DNA of 47,288 nt from a virus (taxonomy: Duplodnaviria; Caudoviricetes). Shown piece by piece: positions 17,565 through 26,231 of the stretch. The stretch lies in the IMG/VR virus record IMGVR_UViG_3300030372_000565, positions 1 through 47,288 of that record, one strand, 5' to 3'. Numbering within the stretch: the stretch's first letter is position 1; each line of letters starts with the position of its first letter. A model generated the notes under the pieces. That model made no database searches and was not told the DNA's origin. It saw only the letters and a list, made by a program, of their open reading frames with translations. The position numbers were made by a program, and so were the translations under genes.

Positions 17565-19337
17565 ATGATTAAACACTTAATACCCTTAGTTCTTTTAGTT
17601 CTTTTGGGTATTCCTTTAGTTTATCAATCAACACCAACAGAAATATTAAAACTAAAAACTTTTGATGCTTTAGTTCCTGAACAAAAACCTTCAGGGTATT
17701 TTACTATTCTAAATATTACAGAAGATGATATAGCTAATGAAGGTGGTTATCCTTTATCAAGACAAACTCTTGCACAGATACAAATAAATTTATTACGCAA
17801 AGGTGCAATAGGTGTTGGTTGGGTAATAGCATTTCCACAACCTGATAGATTTGGTGGAGACCAAGAATTCGCACAGGCATTATCTTTTTCTCCAAGTGTC
17901 CTTGCTATGTTTGAAAACGATAATAATGATTATCCTCCTACTACTGGAACAGTCATTATGGGAGAAGATGTAGGTGGTATTGATGCACAAGGAGTTATAC
18001 AAAACATTGAAATACTTAAACAAAGTGCTAATCAAGGTATAGCCGTTGCTAGAGTAGAAGTTGATTCATTAATTAGACGATTACCTTTATTGCTTAGAAC
18101 TCCTGATGGTTGGGTTCCTGCTTATGGTACTGAAGTTCTAAAGATATTAACTGGTGCTGATACTTACGTTATAAAAACTAATGAAATAGGTATAGAAGAA
18201 ATAAGGGTCAAAGGTTTACCGCCTGTAAAAACAGATGCACTTGGTCGTAAATGGATAAGTTGGGTAGACACACCACAAACAGACCTAAGAGAAATGAATG
18301 TTGAAGGCAAGTTCGTGTTTGTTGGATTTACAGCAAAAGGAATAATGCCACAGTTAGGTGTACCTAATGGTCAACTTTTGGAACCGCATAAGATACAAGC
18401 TGCACTAGCAGAGTCTATTCTTATTGAAAACAGTCCTTACGTTCCTGACTACGCACTAGCAGTAGAGGTAGGCATATTTGCTCTTTCAGTACTATTTGCG
18501 TGGCTTATATTAAACGTATTTGGTATAACGCTTGGTGTTACCTTATTTACAACTTTATTGCTTACAACGGCTTATTTTGGCTTCTATACAATTCAACAAG
18601 GATTGTTAATAGACGTAACATGGACACTAATATCACAGTTTATTACAGGTTCAGTAGCTTTCTACGTTAGATTTAGGCAACAATTTAAACTCAGGCAGCA
18701 AATTAAAAAACAATTTGAGCATTATTTAGACCCAAGACAGGTTAAAGAACTGCAAAAGAATCCTGATAAGCTGAAGTTAGGTGGAGAGAAACGCTATGCC
18801 ACGTTCCTATTTACAGACGTTAGGGGATTCACCTCTCTTTCTGAGACCTTAGAGCCTGAGCAAGTAACTTACATAATGAATAAAGCACTCACAGCACAAC
18901 AGAAAGCCGTTCAGGTTCATGGTGGAATGGTAGACAAATACATTGGGGATGCAATGATGGCTATATTCTCAGCACCTTTAGATTTAGAACACCATGAAAA
19001 TAAGGCTATAGATTGTGCTTTAGATATTCAGAAAAACATGGAAGAACTAAATGAGGAACTACACCTTCAAGGGATTGAACCAGTAGCCATAGGTATAGGC
19101 ATCAATACTGGATATGCAGTTATAGGAAACATGGGAAGTGAAGAAAGGTTTGATTATACAGGAATTGGGGATGCAGTTAATACGGCAGCAAGGTTAGAAT
19201 CAGGCACTAAAGAAGCAGGAGTAGATTTGCTCATTGGGTACAATACTGCTATAAAGAGTGACTATAAGTTAAGATTGTTAGAACCATTAAAGGTTAAAGG
19301 CAAAGAAGAACCATTACAGGTGTATACATGGGAATGA
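17565..19337 (+). CDS. CHASE2-domain membrane class III adenylate cyclase
   Basis: N-terminal TM, CHASE2-like region (YPLSR, FPQPDRFGGD, DSLIRR), 3 TMs, FTDVRGFT, DKYIGDA, DYTGIGDAVNTAARLE. Confidence 0.92.
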   Translation: MIKHLIPLVLLVLLGIPLVYQSTPTEILKLKTFDALVPEQKPSGYFTILNITEDDIANEGGYPLSRQTLAQIQINLLRKGAIGVGWVIAFPQPDRFGGDQEFAQALSFSPSVLAMFENDNNDYPPTTGTVIMGEDVGGIDAQGVIQNIEILKQSANQGIAVARVEVDSLIRRLPLLLRTPDGWVPAYGTEVLKILTGADTYVIKTNEIGIEEIRVKGLPPVKTDALGRKWISWVDTPQTDLREMNVEGKFVFVGFTAKGIMPQLGVPNGQLLEPHKIQAALAESILIENSPYVPDYALAVEVGIFALSVLFAWLILNVFGITLGVTLFTTLLLTTAYFGFYTIQQGLLIDVTWTLISQFITGSVAFYVRFRQQFKLRQQIKKQFEHYLDPRQVKELQKNPDKLKLGGEKRYATFLFTDVRGFTSLSETLEPEQVTYIMNKALTAQQKAVQVHGGMVDKYIGDAMMAIFSAPLDLEHHENKAIDCALDIQKNMEELNEELHLQGIEPVAIGIGINTGYAVIGNMGSEERFDYTGIGDAVNTAARLESGTKEAGVDLLIGYNTAIKSDYKLRLLEPLKVKGKEEPLQVYTWE

Positions 19338-19732
19338 AAATATCTTTAATACTAGGGGGATTATTATTAGCCACAATAGCAAGTTCAGCTTGGTACATAG
19401 ATTATCTTAACGACCAGATAGCTACCCTGAAAGGGAATCAAATAGTGCTTGAAACACAAATACAAGAACAGAATGAAGCTATAGAAAAACACTTAGAACA
19501 AGCTAAGAAACAACAATTACAAATGAACACATTAGCTGAAGAAAACAGAAAAGCTATGGAAAATGTAAATAGATTGAGAAAAACATTTGCAAACTTAGAC
19601 TTAGATGAATCAGCATTAGCTAACCCTGCAGACTTGCAAAGAAGAATTAATAAAGCATCTGCAAGAGTGATGACCACTTTAGAAGAATTAAGTAACCCAA
19701 ACCAGTTTGATGAAGCACCTAGTAATAATTAG
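19334..19732 (+). CDS. i-spanin (Rz-like)
   Basis: N-terminal TM and long coiled coil; overlaps a lipoprotein gene. Confidence 0.7.
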   Translation: MKISLILGGLLLATIASSAWYIDYLNDQIATLKGNQIVLETQIQEQNEAIEKHLEQAKKQQLQMNTLAEENRKAMENVNRLRKTFANLDLDESALANPADLQRRINKASARVMTTLEELSNPNQFDEAPSNN

Positions 19733-20081
19733 TTTAAGTATTTTTATGGCAAGTTGCTCACTTATGCAACAAGCAGTCAAACCAGTACAGGTAAAAACTA
19801 TTGCCGAAAGGTCGCCTATCTATCACCCTCCTTTGCCCTATCCTATGAGTATGTCTAATGTTGATTGGGAAGTAATGACCCCTGAATTAATGCAAGAGTA
19901 TCTCAATAACCTAGCTAGTGGCAATGCTCCAAAACGTGCTTACTACTCATTATCCAGTAAAGAGTACGAAAATCTAAGTATGGATATGGCTGAAATAACT
20001 AGATATACAAAGGATATTTTAAGCATTATCAAGTATTACAGAAGTCTTGATAAAGACGAAGATGATACAAAAAAAGAATAA
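19710..20081 (+). CDS. o-spanin (Rz1-like lipoprotein)
   Basis: Lipobox MASC; Pro-rich HPPLPYP. Confidence 0.7.
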   Translation: MKHLVIISLSIFMASCSLMQQAVKPVQVKTIAERSPIYHPPLPYPMSMSNVDWEVMTPELMQEYLNNLASGNAPKRAYYSLSSKEYENLSMDMAEITRYTKDILSIIKYYRSLDKDEDDTKKE

Positions 20082-20125
20082 TCTGTTATAGAATCAAGTC
20101 TTACTAACTAAATGGAGAGTTAATT

Positions 20126-20314
20126 ATGTTAGAAATTGTAGAGTGGCTAATTAGATTAGCACAAGCTATTCCTTTCATTGTCATGGCTGCATCTCTTATC
20201 TGTGCCTTAACACCAACACCTAAAGATGACCAAATTGTAGGTAAGGTTTATAAGATACTAGATTGGTGTGCTTTGAACGTAGGAAAGGCTAAAGAAATAG
20301 CACCTAAAAAATGA
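20126..20314 (+). CDS. Small membrane protein, holin candidate
   Basis: One TM then TPTPKDD; in lysis region. Confidence 0.55.
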   Translation: MLEIVEWLIRLAQAIPFIVMAASLICALTPTPKDDQIVGKVYKILDWCALNVGKAKEIAPKK

Positions 20315-20706
20315 GTGAATCCCCTGATGCTTTTGTATACAGAGCAACTCTAGATAGGGTGGTTGATGGGGACACCCTTGATTGTACGTTGGACTTAGGC
20401 TTTGACGTACAGTTACACAAACAAAGGGTAAGGCTCGCAGGGATAGACACTCCTGAGAGCAGAACTAGGAACTTGGCAGAAAAGGCATTAGGTCTTAAAG
20501 CCAAAGAAAGATTAATAGAACTATGTGTAGGTTCATTTAAAGTAAAGTCTCTTGGAAAAGGCAAGTACGGCAGAATATTAGGAATACCCTATGATGCAGA
20601 AGGTAATGACATTTGTAAGACTCTTATTGATGAAGGTCATGCAGTGGAATATTGGGGTGGCACTAAGAAAGCCAAAGTCCGAGAAGATGGAACTTGGGGA
20701 GAATAA
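20311..20706 (+). CDS. Thermonuclease (SNase-fold) nuclease
   Basis: RVVDGDT, RLAGIDTPE, KYGRILG. Confidence 0.88.
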   Translation: MSESPDAFVYRATLDRVVDGDTLDCTLDLGFDVQLHKQRVRLAGIDTPESRTRNLAEKALGLKAKERLIELCVGSFKVKSLGKGKYGRILGIPYDAEGNDICKTLIDEGHAVEYWGGTKKAKVREDGTWGE

Positions 20707-20707
20707 T

Positions 20708-21154
20708 ATGCAAATAATAAGCGAAGAAGGAATCTCGTTAATTAAAAAATTTGAAGGCTGTGAATTAGAAGCCTATCAAGATAGCGTAGGTGTTTGGACA
20801 ATAGGTTATGGAACTATAAAAGGAGTTAGGGAAGGCGACAAAATTAACCAAGATGAAGCAGAACATCTATTGCAAGAGGAACTACCTGAATATGAAGGAT
20901 ATATAAATAACATGGTTAAAGTTCCTTTGAAACAATGTCAGTTTGATGCCTTAGTTGCATGGGTTTTTAACTTAGGCTCAGGAAACTTACAAGAAAGCAC
21001 AATGTTAAAAGTTTTGAATGAAGGTAAGTATGACGAAGTTCCTGCACAAATAAGAAGATGGAATAAAGCAGGCGGACAAGTATTAAATGGTTTAGTTAGA
21101 CGCAGAGAAGCGGAAGCTATTATGTTTCAGGGAGGAGATTGGTACGCTGTCTAA
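20708..21154 (+). CDS. Endolysin, GH24 lysozyme
   Basis: E-x8-D-x5-T triad (FEGCELEAYQDSVGVWTIGYG), GLVRRREAE; start ATG 20708. Confidence 0.95.
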   Translation: MQIISEEGISLIKKFEGCELEAYQDSVGVWTIGYGTIKGVREGDKINQDEAEHLLQEELPEYEGYINNMVKVPLKQCQFDALVAWVFNLGSGNLQESTMLKVLNEGKYDEVPAQIRRWNKAGGQVLNGLVRRREAEAIMFQGGDWYAV

Positions 21155-21378
21155 TGGCAAAGTATAAACAAAAAGATTTTAGGTCTGAATGGTATCGGAT
21201 AAATGCCAAAGAACTAGCTATAGTGTGCGAAGCCTTAGACTTGCTTTTAGAAACTGAAACTCTTAATGACTTAGAAACTTATGTAGCAGAAGAACTTAGA
21301 GCAGATTTAATAAATGCAAAAGCCGATAGTGTGGCTATGAAAAAATTGCTAAATGGATGGAAAAATGGCTCTATCTAA
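21154..21378 (+). CDS. Hypothetical protein
   Basis: TAATG-coupled to lysozyme gene. Confidence 0.55.
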   Translation: MAKYKQKDFRSEWYRINAKELAIVCEALDLLLETETLNDLETYVAEELRADLINAKADSVAMKKLLNGWKNGSI

Positions 21379-21598
21379 AAAACAAAACAAACGACTTGGA
21401 GCAATACTTTCTGTAATGTTTCAAGAAGAAACCCCACAAGAACATTTAAAAGATATAGTCAATGATGGTTTCGTAGCTAAAGAAGAAGAAGGCTTTGCTA
21501 TCACACCAAAAGGTCTTGATGAAAAAAATAGGCTCTGTACCCTAGCAGGACTGAACATCAAGTATCAAAGTGAGAAAGACGGAGAAAAAACAGGGTAG
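21365..21598 (+). CDS. Hypothetical protein (possible winged helix)
   Basis: GFV...FAITPKG pattern. Confidence 0.5.
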   Translation: MALSKKQNKRLGAILSVMFQEETPQEHLKDIVNDGFVAKEEEGFAITPKGLDEKNRLCTLAGLNIKYQSEKDGEKTG

Positions 21599-21615
21599 GA
21601 CATTCGTTCTGCCCT
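21592..21615. terminator. Hairpin at convergence of late (+) and (-) units
   Basis: AGGGTAGGA-cattcg-TTCTGCCCT. Confidence 0.55.
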
Positions 21616-21618
21616 TCT

Positions 21619-22179
21619 CTAAATCCAATCATTTCCCTCATACCAACCAACTAAAGAGTATCTAACTCCTTTAGTTACTGGCATTACTTGATGATATAAG
21701 AAAGAAGGAAATACTATTATTGTGCCTTTCTTTCTTATTAGTTCTGCATCAGGACTGGGTATATCTTTAGTGAATACAAAATCTCCACCCTCATATTCAT
21801 CACTATCACTTAGCTGCACAGTAATACTTAGCTTTCGTTGTGAGGTGGTGTTTGTAAGATTAGAGTCCATGTGTTCAGCATAGAAATCATCTTTTCCATA
21901 CTTGCCTATCTGAAACTCATACATTCCGTTTAGGTTAAAGCCAAAACATTCCCTATTAGCCATAACAATATACTTGTAGATAAGGTTGTTAATAAAGTCT
22001 GAATAAGGATTCGTATAGTCTATTCCTATAACGTCTGATGACCTTATCTTGGAATTAAGGCTACTATCTACTTGCCCAACTTTGCCTGATTTAAACTCAG
22101 TCTGTGTAGTTAATAACCTTAGTTCATCACAATCAGTAGAATCTAATTCATTGTCCCAAGCAAACCACCAAGCATTCAT
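21619..22179 (-). CDS. 2OG-Fe(II) oxygenase (prolyl-hydroxylase-like)
   Basis: HMD, RKLS, YEGG, FPSFLYHQV.PVTKG.RYSLVGW. Confidence 0.92.
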   Translation of the reverse strand: MNAWWFAWDNELDSTDCDELRLLTTQTEFKSGKVGQVDSSLNSKIRSSDVIGIDYTNPYSDFINNLIYKYIVMANRECFGFNLNGMYEFQIGKYGKDDFYAEHMDSNLTNTTSQRKLSITVQLSDSDEYEGGDFVFTKDIPSPDAELIRKKGTIIVFPSFLYHQVMPVTKGVRYSLVGWYEGNDWI

Positions 22180-22364
22180 ATTGGGTCGTCAAGAATAGTT
22201 ATAGTTTGTTTAGCAGGGTCTTTATATTTAATGACTATCCTGCCACTTCTGTACTTGATTCTTTTCATCTCACTATCATTGTAATAAGACTCTATTAGCC
22301 TATCTGCTTCTTCATAAGCTATACGTTTTCTTGCGTCTGCTATTCTATAATTATATTGCGTCAT
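22176..22364 (-). CDS. Hypothetical protein
   Basis: ATGA-coupled to oxygenase gene. Confidence 0.55.
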   Translation of the reverse strand: MTQYNYRIADARKRIAYEEADRLIESYYNDSEMKRIKYRSGRIVIKYKDPAKQTITILDDPI

Positions 22365-22404
22365 TGCATTACCCCCAAGAATAAGGGTTTATTTTATCAA
22401 CTGG

Positions 22405-22581
22405 TTAAAAATTGAACAGTTTTTTATAGTTATGATGTCCGTATAGTTCGTTAAACTTCTTAATAGCTTCTTCATCACCATAAGGCTTTTCACCAAATGC
22501 TCTTTTTTCATCTGTATTTATTGCCCACCAGTTATAAAAGTTATTGAAATAACTATTTTTTTTGTCGTACTTAAATTCCAT
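22405..22581 (-). CDS. 58-aa protein not in ORF track; paralog of 31467..31637
   Basis: MEFKYDKKNSYFNNFYNWWAIN...; GGGAG RBS. Confidence 0.65.
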   Translation of the reverse strand: MEFKYDKKNSYFNNFYNWWAINTDEKRAFGEKPYGDEEAIKKFNELYGHHNYKKLFNF

Positions 22582-22650
22582 ATTTCTCCCCTTTTAAGTA
22601 AAGCGAATACGAGCAGGAAATCATGAAACAAACCTACTCGTACTCTAATA

Positions 22651-22803
22651 TTATAAATATCTCCTTAATTGCCAATCTTCAAACTTCTCCCAAAGTGTTT
22701 TGCCTAAGTAATAAGGCAAACATATTAATAGTAATGACAATACAAAACCCCCAAACAGTAATCCTATCACTGTGTAAAATAAAATGTCTCTAAACTTTTT
22801 CAT
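22651..22803 (-). CDS. 50-aa single-TM protein not in ORF track
   Basis: MKKFRDILFYTVIGLLFGGFVLSLLLICL...; abuts upstream stop. Confidence 0.5.
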   Translation of the reverse strand: MKKFRDILFYTVIGLLFGGFVLSLLLICLPYYLGKTLWEKFEDWQLRRYL

Positions 22804-22962
22804 TTAATTTCTTCTATTGTTGTTGTAAGCAGCTATTTTTTTTGCCCAGTTCTTAGGCATTTTCCTTTTTTTGACAGGTCTGCCATATTCATCATGTGGC
22901 TCTGTAGGTGCTTGTCCATATTCTTCTTCTTTAGAATAATCTCCATAAGTATTATCTTTCAT
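22804..22962 (-). CDS. 52-aa protein not in ORF track
   Basis: MKDNTYGDYSKEEEYG...; ATGA overlap with 22959..23222. Confidence 0.5.
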   Translation of the reverse strand: MKDNTYGDYSKEEEYGQAPTEPHDEYGRPVKKRKMPKNWAKKIAAYNNNRRN

Positions 22963-23222
22963 TTATCTTCTCCAAATAATAAATCATTTTCTTTAGGGTC
23001 TAACTGGCTTCTTTTTTGCATAAGTTTATTAAGCCTATTCCTATGTATCTTTAAGTAATCATCTAATATGCCCTGTAAAACTATACTTTTAGAAAGTCCT
23101 GTAGCATTGGATATAAATTCCAAATGCTCCTTAGATTCTTTTTGTATTCTAAAATCTACAAATGTTACGTCAGACTTTATCTCATTTCTCCATTCATCTT
23201 TAAAATCTTCAATGTCTTTCAT
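22959..23222 (-). CDS. Possible ribbon-helix-helix DNA-binding protein
   Basis: FVDFRI...LEFISNATGLSKSIVLQGILDDYL. Confidence 0.55.
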   Translation of the reverse strand: MKDIEDFKDEWRNEIKSDVTFVDFRIQKESKEHLEFISNATGLSKSIVLQGILDDYLKIHRNRLNKLMQKRSQLDPKENDLLFGEDK

Positions 23223-23256
23223 TAGTTTTTCTCCCTACATTTTATGAGTATTGCTT

Positions 23257-23580
23257 TCATTTTATTATTTTTATCTGTTGGAAAAATCTAATTTTTGTAT
23301 CAAATTCTTCCTTATTTATAAGACCATAAGCAAGTTGCTCTTGTAAGTGTTCTTCTGAGTGTATGTATTCCCACTCTATTTCTTCTATCATTTTAAGAGC
23401 ATCTTTCTTGAATTGAAATGCCTGTATAAAATTAAAAGTACAATGTAGATCACCGCTATCTTGCTTTTGCAGGTAATTTTCATTGATGAACAATTCGTAC
23501 TTATCTATATGACCTTTAGAAATTAGATAAGTACCTTTAGAACCTCTGAAAGTTTCACCAAGTTTAATTAGTTTTTTCAT
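23257..23580 (-). CDS. Hypothetical early protein
   Basis: GAGGA RBS; promoter at 23606-23633. Confidence 0.6.
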   Translation of the reverse strand: MKKLIKLGETFRGSKGTYLISKGHIDKYELFINENYLQKQDSGDLHCTFNFIQAFQFKKDALKMIEEIEWEYIHSEEHLQEQLAYGLINKEEFDTKIRFFQQIKIIK

Positions 23581-23600
23581 GTTATTTTCCTCAATTAAAA

Positions 23601-23726
23601 ATTACATTATGGACTACTCAACCATAAAGTAAAGACTTTTTGGAATAATATTTTAATGTTTCACATGAAACATATTACGAAAGTTGTTGACCTGCCCTGT
23701 CAATTTGATATAATCCGATATGTACT
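23601..23726. promoter_or_regulatory. Divergent early promoters with three operator-like sites
   Basis: Minus TTTACT-16-CATAAT (23633-23606); plus TTGACC-16-TATAAT (23687-23714); motif copies at 23601, 23632, 23712. Confidence 0.65.
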
Positions 23727-23748
23727 ATTATAAATTGAAGGAGATACT

Positions 23749-23982
23749 ATGAAAGAAAACGAGTACAAGTCAGGTGACTTAATAAGAGCCAACGTAGATT
23801 TTTACGTTATGCAAAAAAGACTAAAAAGCAGAAGTTGGTATTCAGGTTATTATCACTACACAGTAAATACGATAGGTTACAAATGGGTGACACTCAAGGC
23901 TCACGGCAAGAATTATAAAATGCCTAGAGATGTTTGGGACTCACTTATTAAGACCAATCGCTTTCGTTTGGAGAAAGCCTAA
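23749..23982 (+). CDS. Hypothetical early protein
   Basis: AAGGAG RBS. Confidence 0.6.
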   Translation: MKENEYKSGDLIRANVDFYVMQKRLKSRSWYSGYYHYTVNTIGYKWVTLKAHGKNYKMPRDVWDSLIKTNRFRLEKA

Positions 23983-24215
23983 TGCCTAAGCCAAATAAAA
24001 GAGATGCCTTTGTCCGACTAGCAGAACACAGAGTAAGCATGACGATACATTACTTAGGACTTCTAGGTAAGTTAGCTAGTTCAAATGACTTTAGTCCTGC
24101 TGATGCAGACAAAATAAAAACTGCTATCCGTACAGAGTTGAACAAAACCATGAAAAGATTTGAAGAACCTGACGAGGAGCGTAAATCATTTTCCTTCAAG
24201 GAGGACATAAAATGA
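23982..24215 (+). CDS. Hypothetical helical-hairpin protein
   Basis: KRDAFVRLAEHRV; coupled ORF. Confidence 0.6.
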   Translation: MPKPNKRDAFVRLAEHRVSMTIHYLGLLGKLASSNDFSPADADKIKTAIRTELNKTMKRFEEPDEERKSFSFKEDIK

Positions 24216-25075
24216 AAACCTCACAAGAAGCTATAGAGTGGTATGACAAAATTAATATGCTGTGGGAGGACAACGGATTTCCAATTCGGTTTAGTTCGCA
24301 CTACAAAAATGAAAAGGTTGATTTTGAAATAGCTAAGAGAGTTGTCAGAACTTTTTGGAAAAAAGAAATGGGCAAAAACCTTCCTTACAAAATTAGGGAA
24401 GGCTCAGGCAATAGGAGGAACTCTGTACGCAGAGGAATCCTCACCATTAATACTGACAGTGGGTGGTCAAATATAGTTCATGATATTGGGCACACAATAG
24501 ACTTCAGAAAATATCCTGACTTGAGACCTCACAGTTCTCAACACGCAACTCTTGAGTATAGGTTTACAAAGCTAATCTTTGATGGGGGTTATATAGAAAA
24601 ATCTAGGCAGGCTTTAGCTGATAAACCAAAGAAGCAAACGCTCAACCCAGTTCATAAGAACTATAACCAACTCAAGTCAAGGCAAGACAATCTTCTAAAG
24701 AAACAGAAGCAGTATGAATCTAATCTTAAAAGAGTAGCTAATAGTTTGAAGAAGGTTCAGAAAAGCATTGCTCAATATGAGAAGAAATATGACCAAGAAA
24801 AGTTAAACAATAAATATAAATATTCAGAACCAGTTGAAAAGAAAAAAGTGCAAAGCTATAAACAAAAATGTGAACAGCTTATAAATGAGCACGACTGGTT
24901 GAAAATAGAAAGAGATGAAGGTTGGATAGGTGAATTCAAATTAGATGTTTGGGATAAAGATTATCTTGAAGCTAATCAAGATTACTTTGATGATGGCAGC
25001 AGTGGTGAACATTGCACTTGGACTTGGAAGCAGGCTTACAACCAAGCATTAGTATTAATTGAAAGAAGGAGTTGA
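24212..25075 (+). CDS. Protein with zincin-like HDxxH motif and coiled coil
   Basis: IVHDIGH...RPHS; Lys-rich coiled coil. Confidence 0.5.
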   Translation: MKTSQEAIEWYDKINMLWEDNGFPIRFSSHYKNEKVDFEIAKRVVRTFWKKEMGKNLPYKIREGSGNRRNSVRRGILTINTDSGWSNIVHDIGHTIDFRKYPDLRPHSSQHATLEYRFTKLIFDGGYIEKSRQALADKPKKQTLNPVHKNYNQLKSRQDNLLKKQKQYESNLKRVANSLKKVQKSIAQYEKKYDQEKLNNKYKYSEPVEKKKVQSYKQKCEQLINEHDWLKIERDEGWIGEFKLDVWDKDYLEANQDYFDDGSSGEHCTWTWKQAYNQALVLIERRS

Positions 25076-25100
25076 CCCAAGACCAAAACGGAATTAGTAT
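25072..25100 (+). promoter_or_regulatory. Promoter TTGACC-17-TAGTAT with operator-like site
   Basis: AGACC-aaaac-GGAAT in the spacer. Confidence 0.6.
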
Positions 25101-25127
25101 CATTCACCCACAAAAAAAGGAGGACAG

Positions 25128-25958
25128 ATGTCTATAGAATGTTTGAACGCAGCCTTACACGAAGTTAAAGGCTTAACACCAACCGCTAAATTCACCCTAG
25201 TAGTTCTAGCTAACTACGCAGACCAAAACAATACCTGTTATCCATCCCATCAACACATAGCTGACATAGTTGGAATTAAGAACGGAAAACATATTGGCAA
25301 GATAATTAAACAACTGGAACAGATGGGTTATATAAAGATTAAGTATAGATACAAAGAAGATGGGGGCAATAAAAGTAATGAATATTACTTAAATATAGGG
25401 GGGGGTGTCTCACAGAACCCCCTCCCACTAGAAACCACTAGGGGGGGAGTCTCCACTACTACCAATACTAAAGAAGATAAGAAAGATAATTATATTAACG
25501 AATGTTTTGAAAAGTTTTGGAAGAAGTACCCAAGAAAGGTTAAGAAATATAAAGCTAGGCAAAAGTATGAAGAAGCTATTACTAATTACGATGAAGAAAA
25601 GCTATACGAATTAGTACACAAGTTTTCTATGGAAATAGAATTAGAGAAAACACCTGAGACTTATATACCTCACTGCACCACTTGGTTATCACAGAAGCAG
25701 TATCTTGATTACGAGAACAAAACCATAGAGCAAATAGTTAAGTGTCACGAAAAGAGGGCAGGTGAGCAAGATAGGAAGCCACAATGGGCGAAAGATAAAG
25801 CCCTCCTAGACGAACAAACGCAAAAGAGGGTATCTTCCTCATGGTCAACGCAAAACGTGCCTAAGAAGTCACCTAAGCACGACCCAAAGGCAAGCACAAA
25901 GTTAGCTGAGATGGCAGCTAAACATAAAATAAAAAATGTTAAAGATAAAAGTCATTAG
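25128..25958 (+). CDS. Replication initiator (N-terminal wHTH, C-terminal DnaD-like domain)
   Basis: AKFTLVVLANYAD...CYPS...IA, L...GYI, SNEY, FEKFWKKYPRK. Confidence 0.82.
   Translation: MSIECLNAALHEVKGLTPTAKFTLVVLANYADQNNTCYPSHQHIADIVGIKNGKHIGKIIKQLEQMGYIKIKYRYKEDGGNKSNEYYLNIGGGVSQNPLPLETTRGGVSTTTNTKEDKKDNYINECFEKFWKKYPRKVKKYKARQKYEEAITNYDEEKLYELVHKFSMEIELEKTPETYIPHCTTWLSQKQYLDYENKTIEQIVKCHEKRAGEQDRKPQWAKDKALLDEQTQKRVSSSWSTQNVPKKSPKHDPKASTKLAEMAAKHKIKNVKDKSH
25394..25465. repeat. Probable replication origin/iterons inside initiator gene
   Basis: TAG8TGTCTC and TAG7AGTCTC direct repeats plus three CCACTA copies in the interdomain linker. Confidence 0.55.
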
Positions 25959-26142
25959 GAGAAACCTTGCCTTCAGTAGAATCATAGATGACTTTACATT
26001 CATCTGCTCTAGGTCTCCTTCTTTCAAGAACCCATTTACTAATACAACCTTGCGTAAAAGTATGCCCAGTTCTTTCTTTACACACCTCAATAAATTGGTG
26101 TTGAGTTAATGATTTGTCGTTTAAATATTCTGCTAATTTCAT
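25939..26142 (-). CDS. Cro/CI-like HTH repressor
   Basis: MKLAEYL...LTQHQF...TQGCISKW...RRP...TEGKVSPNDF. Confidence 0.85.
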   Translation of the reverse strand: MKLAEYLNDKSLTQHQFIEVCKERTGHTFTQGCISKWVLERRRPRADECKVIYDSTEGKVSPNDFYL

Positions 26143-26151
26143 GATAAATAT

Positions 26152-26193
26152 ATTCCTAAATGGTTTGCAAAAATTCCAAAGAGGAATTATACT
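26152..26193 (+). promoter_or_regulatory. Promoter TTGCAA-17-TATACT with tandem operators next to the HTH gene start
   Basis: ATTCC-taaat-GGTTT (26152) and perfect ATTCC-aaaga-GGAAT (26173). Confidence 0.72.
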
Positions 26194-26231
26194 ACTAAGT
26201 TATATTAAATGAAAACAAAAAAGGAGAAAAA

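Noticed and set aside
13352-19337. Curli-cyclase block as host chromosome contamination
   Set aside because: Its genes overlap flanking genes at both ends, composition looks like the rest of the genome, and it contains the phage operator motif; read mapping is still advisable
25902-26090. Minus-strand 62-aa ORF
   Set aside because: Overlaps the better-supported Cro-like gene in another frame
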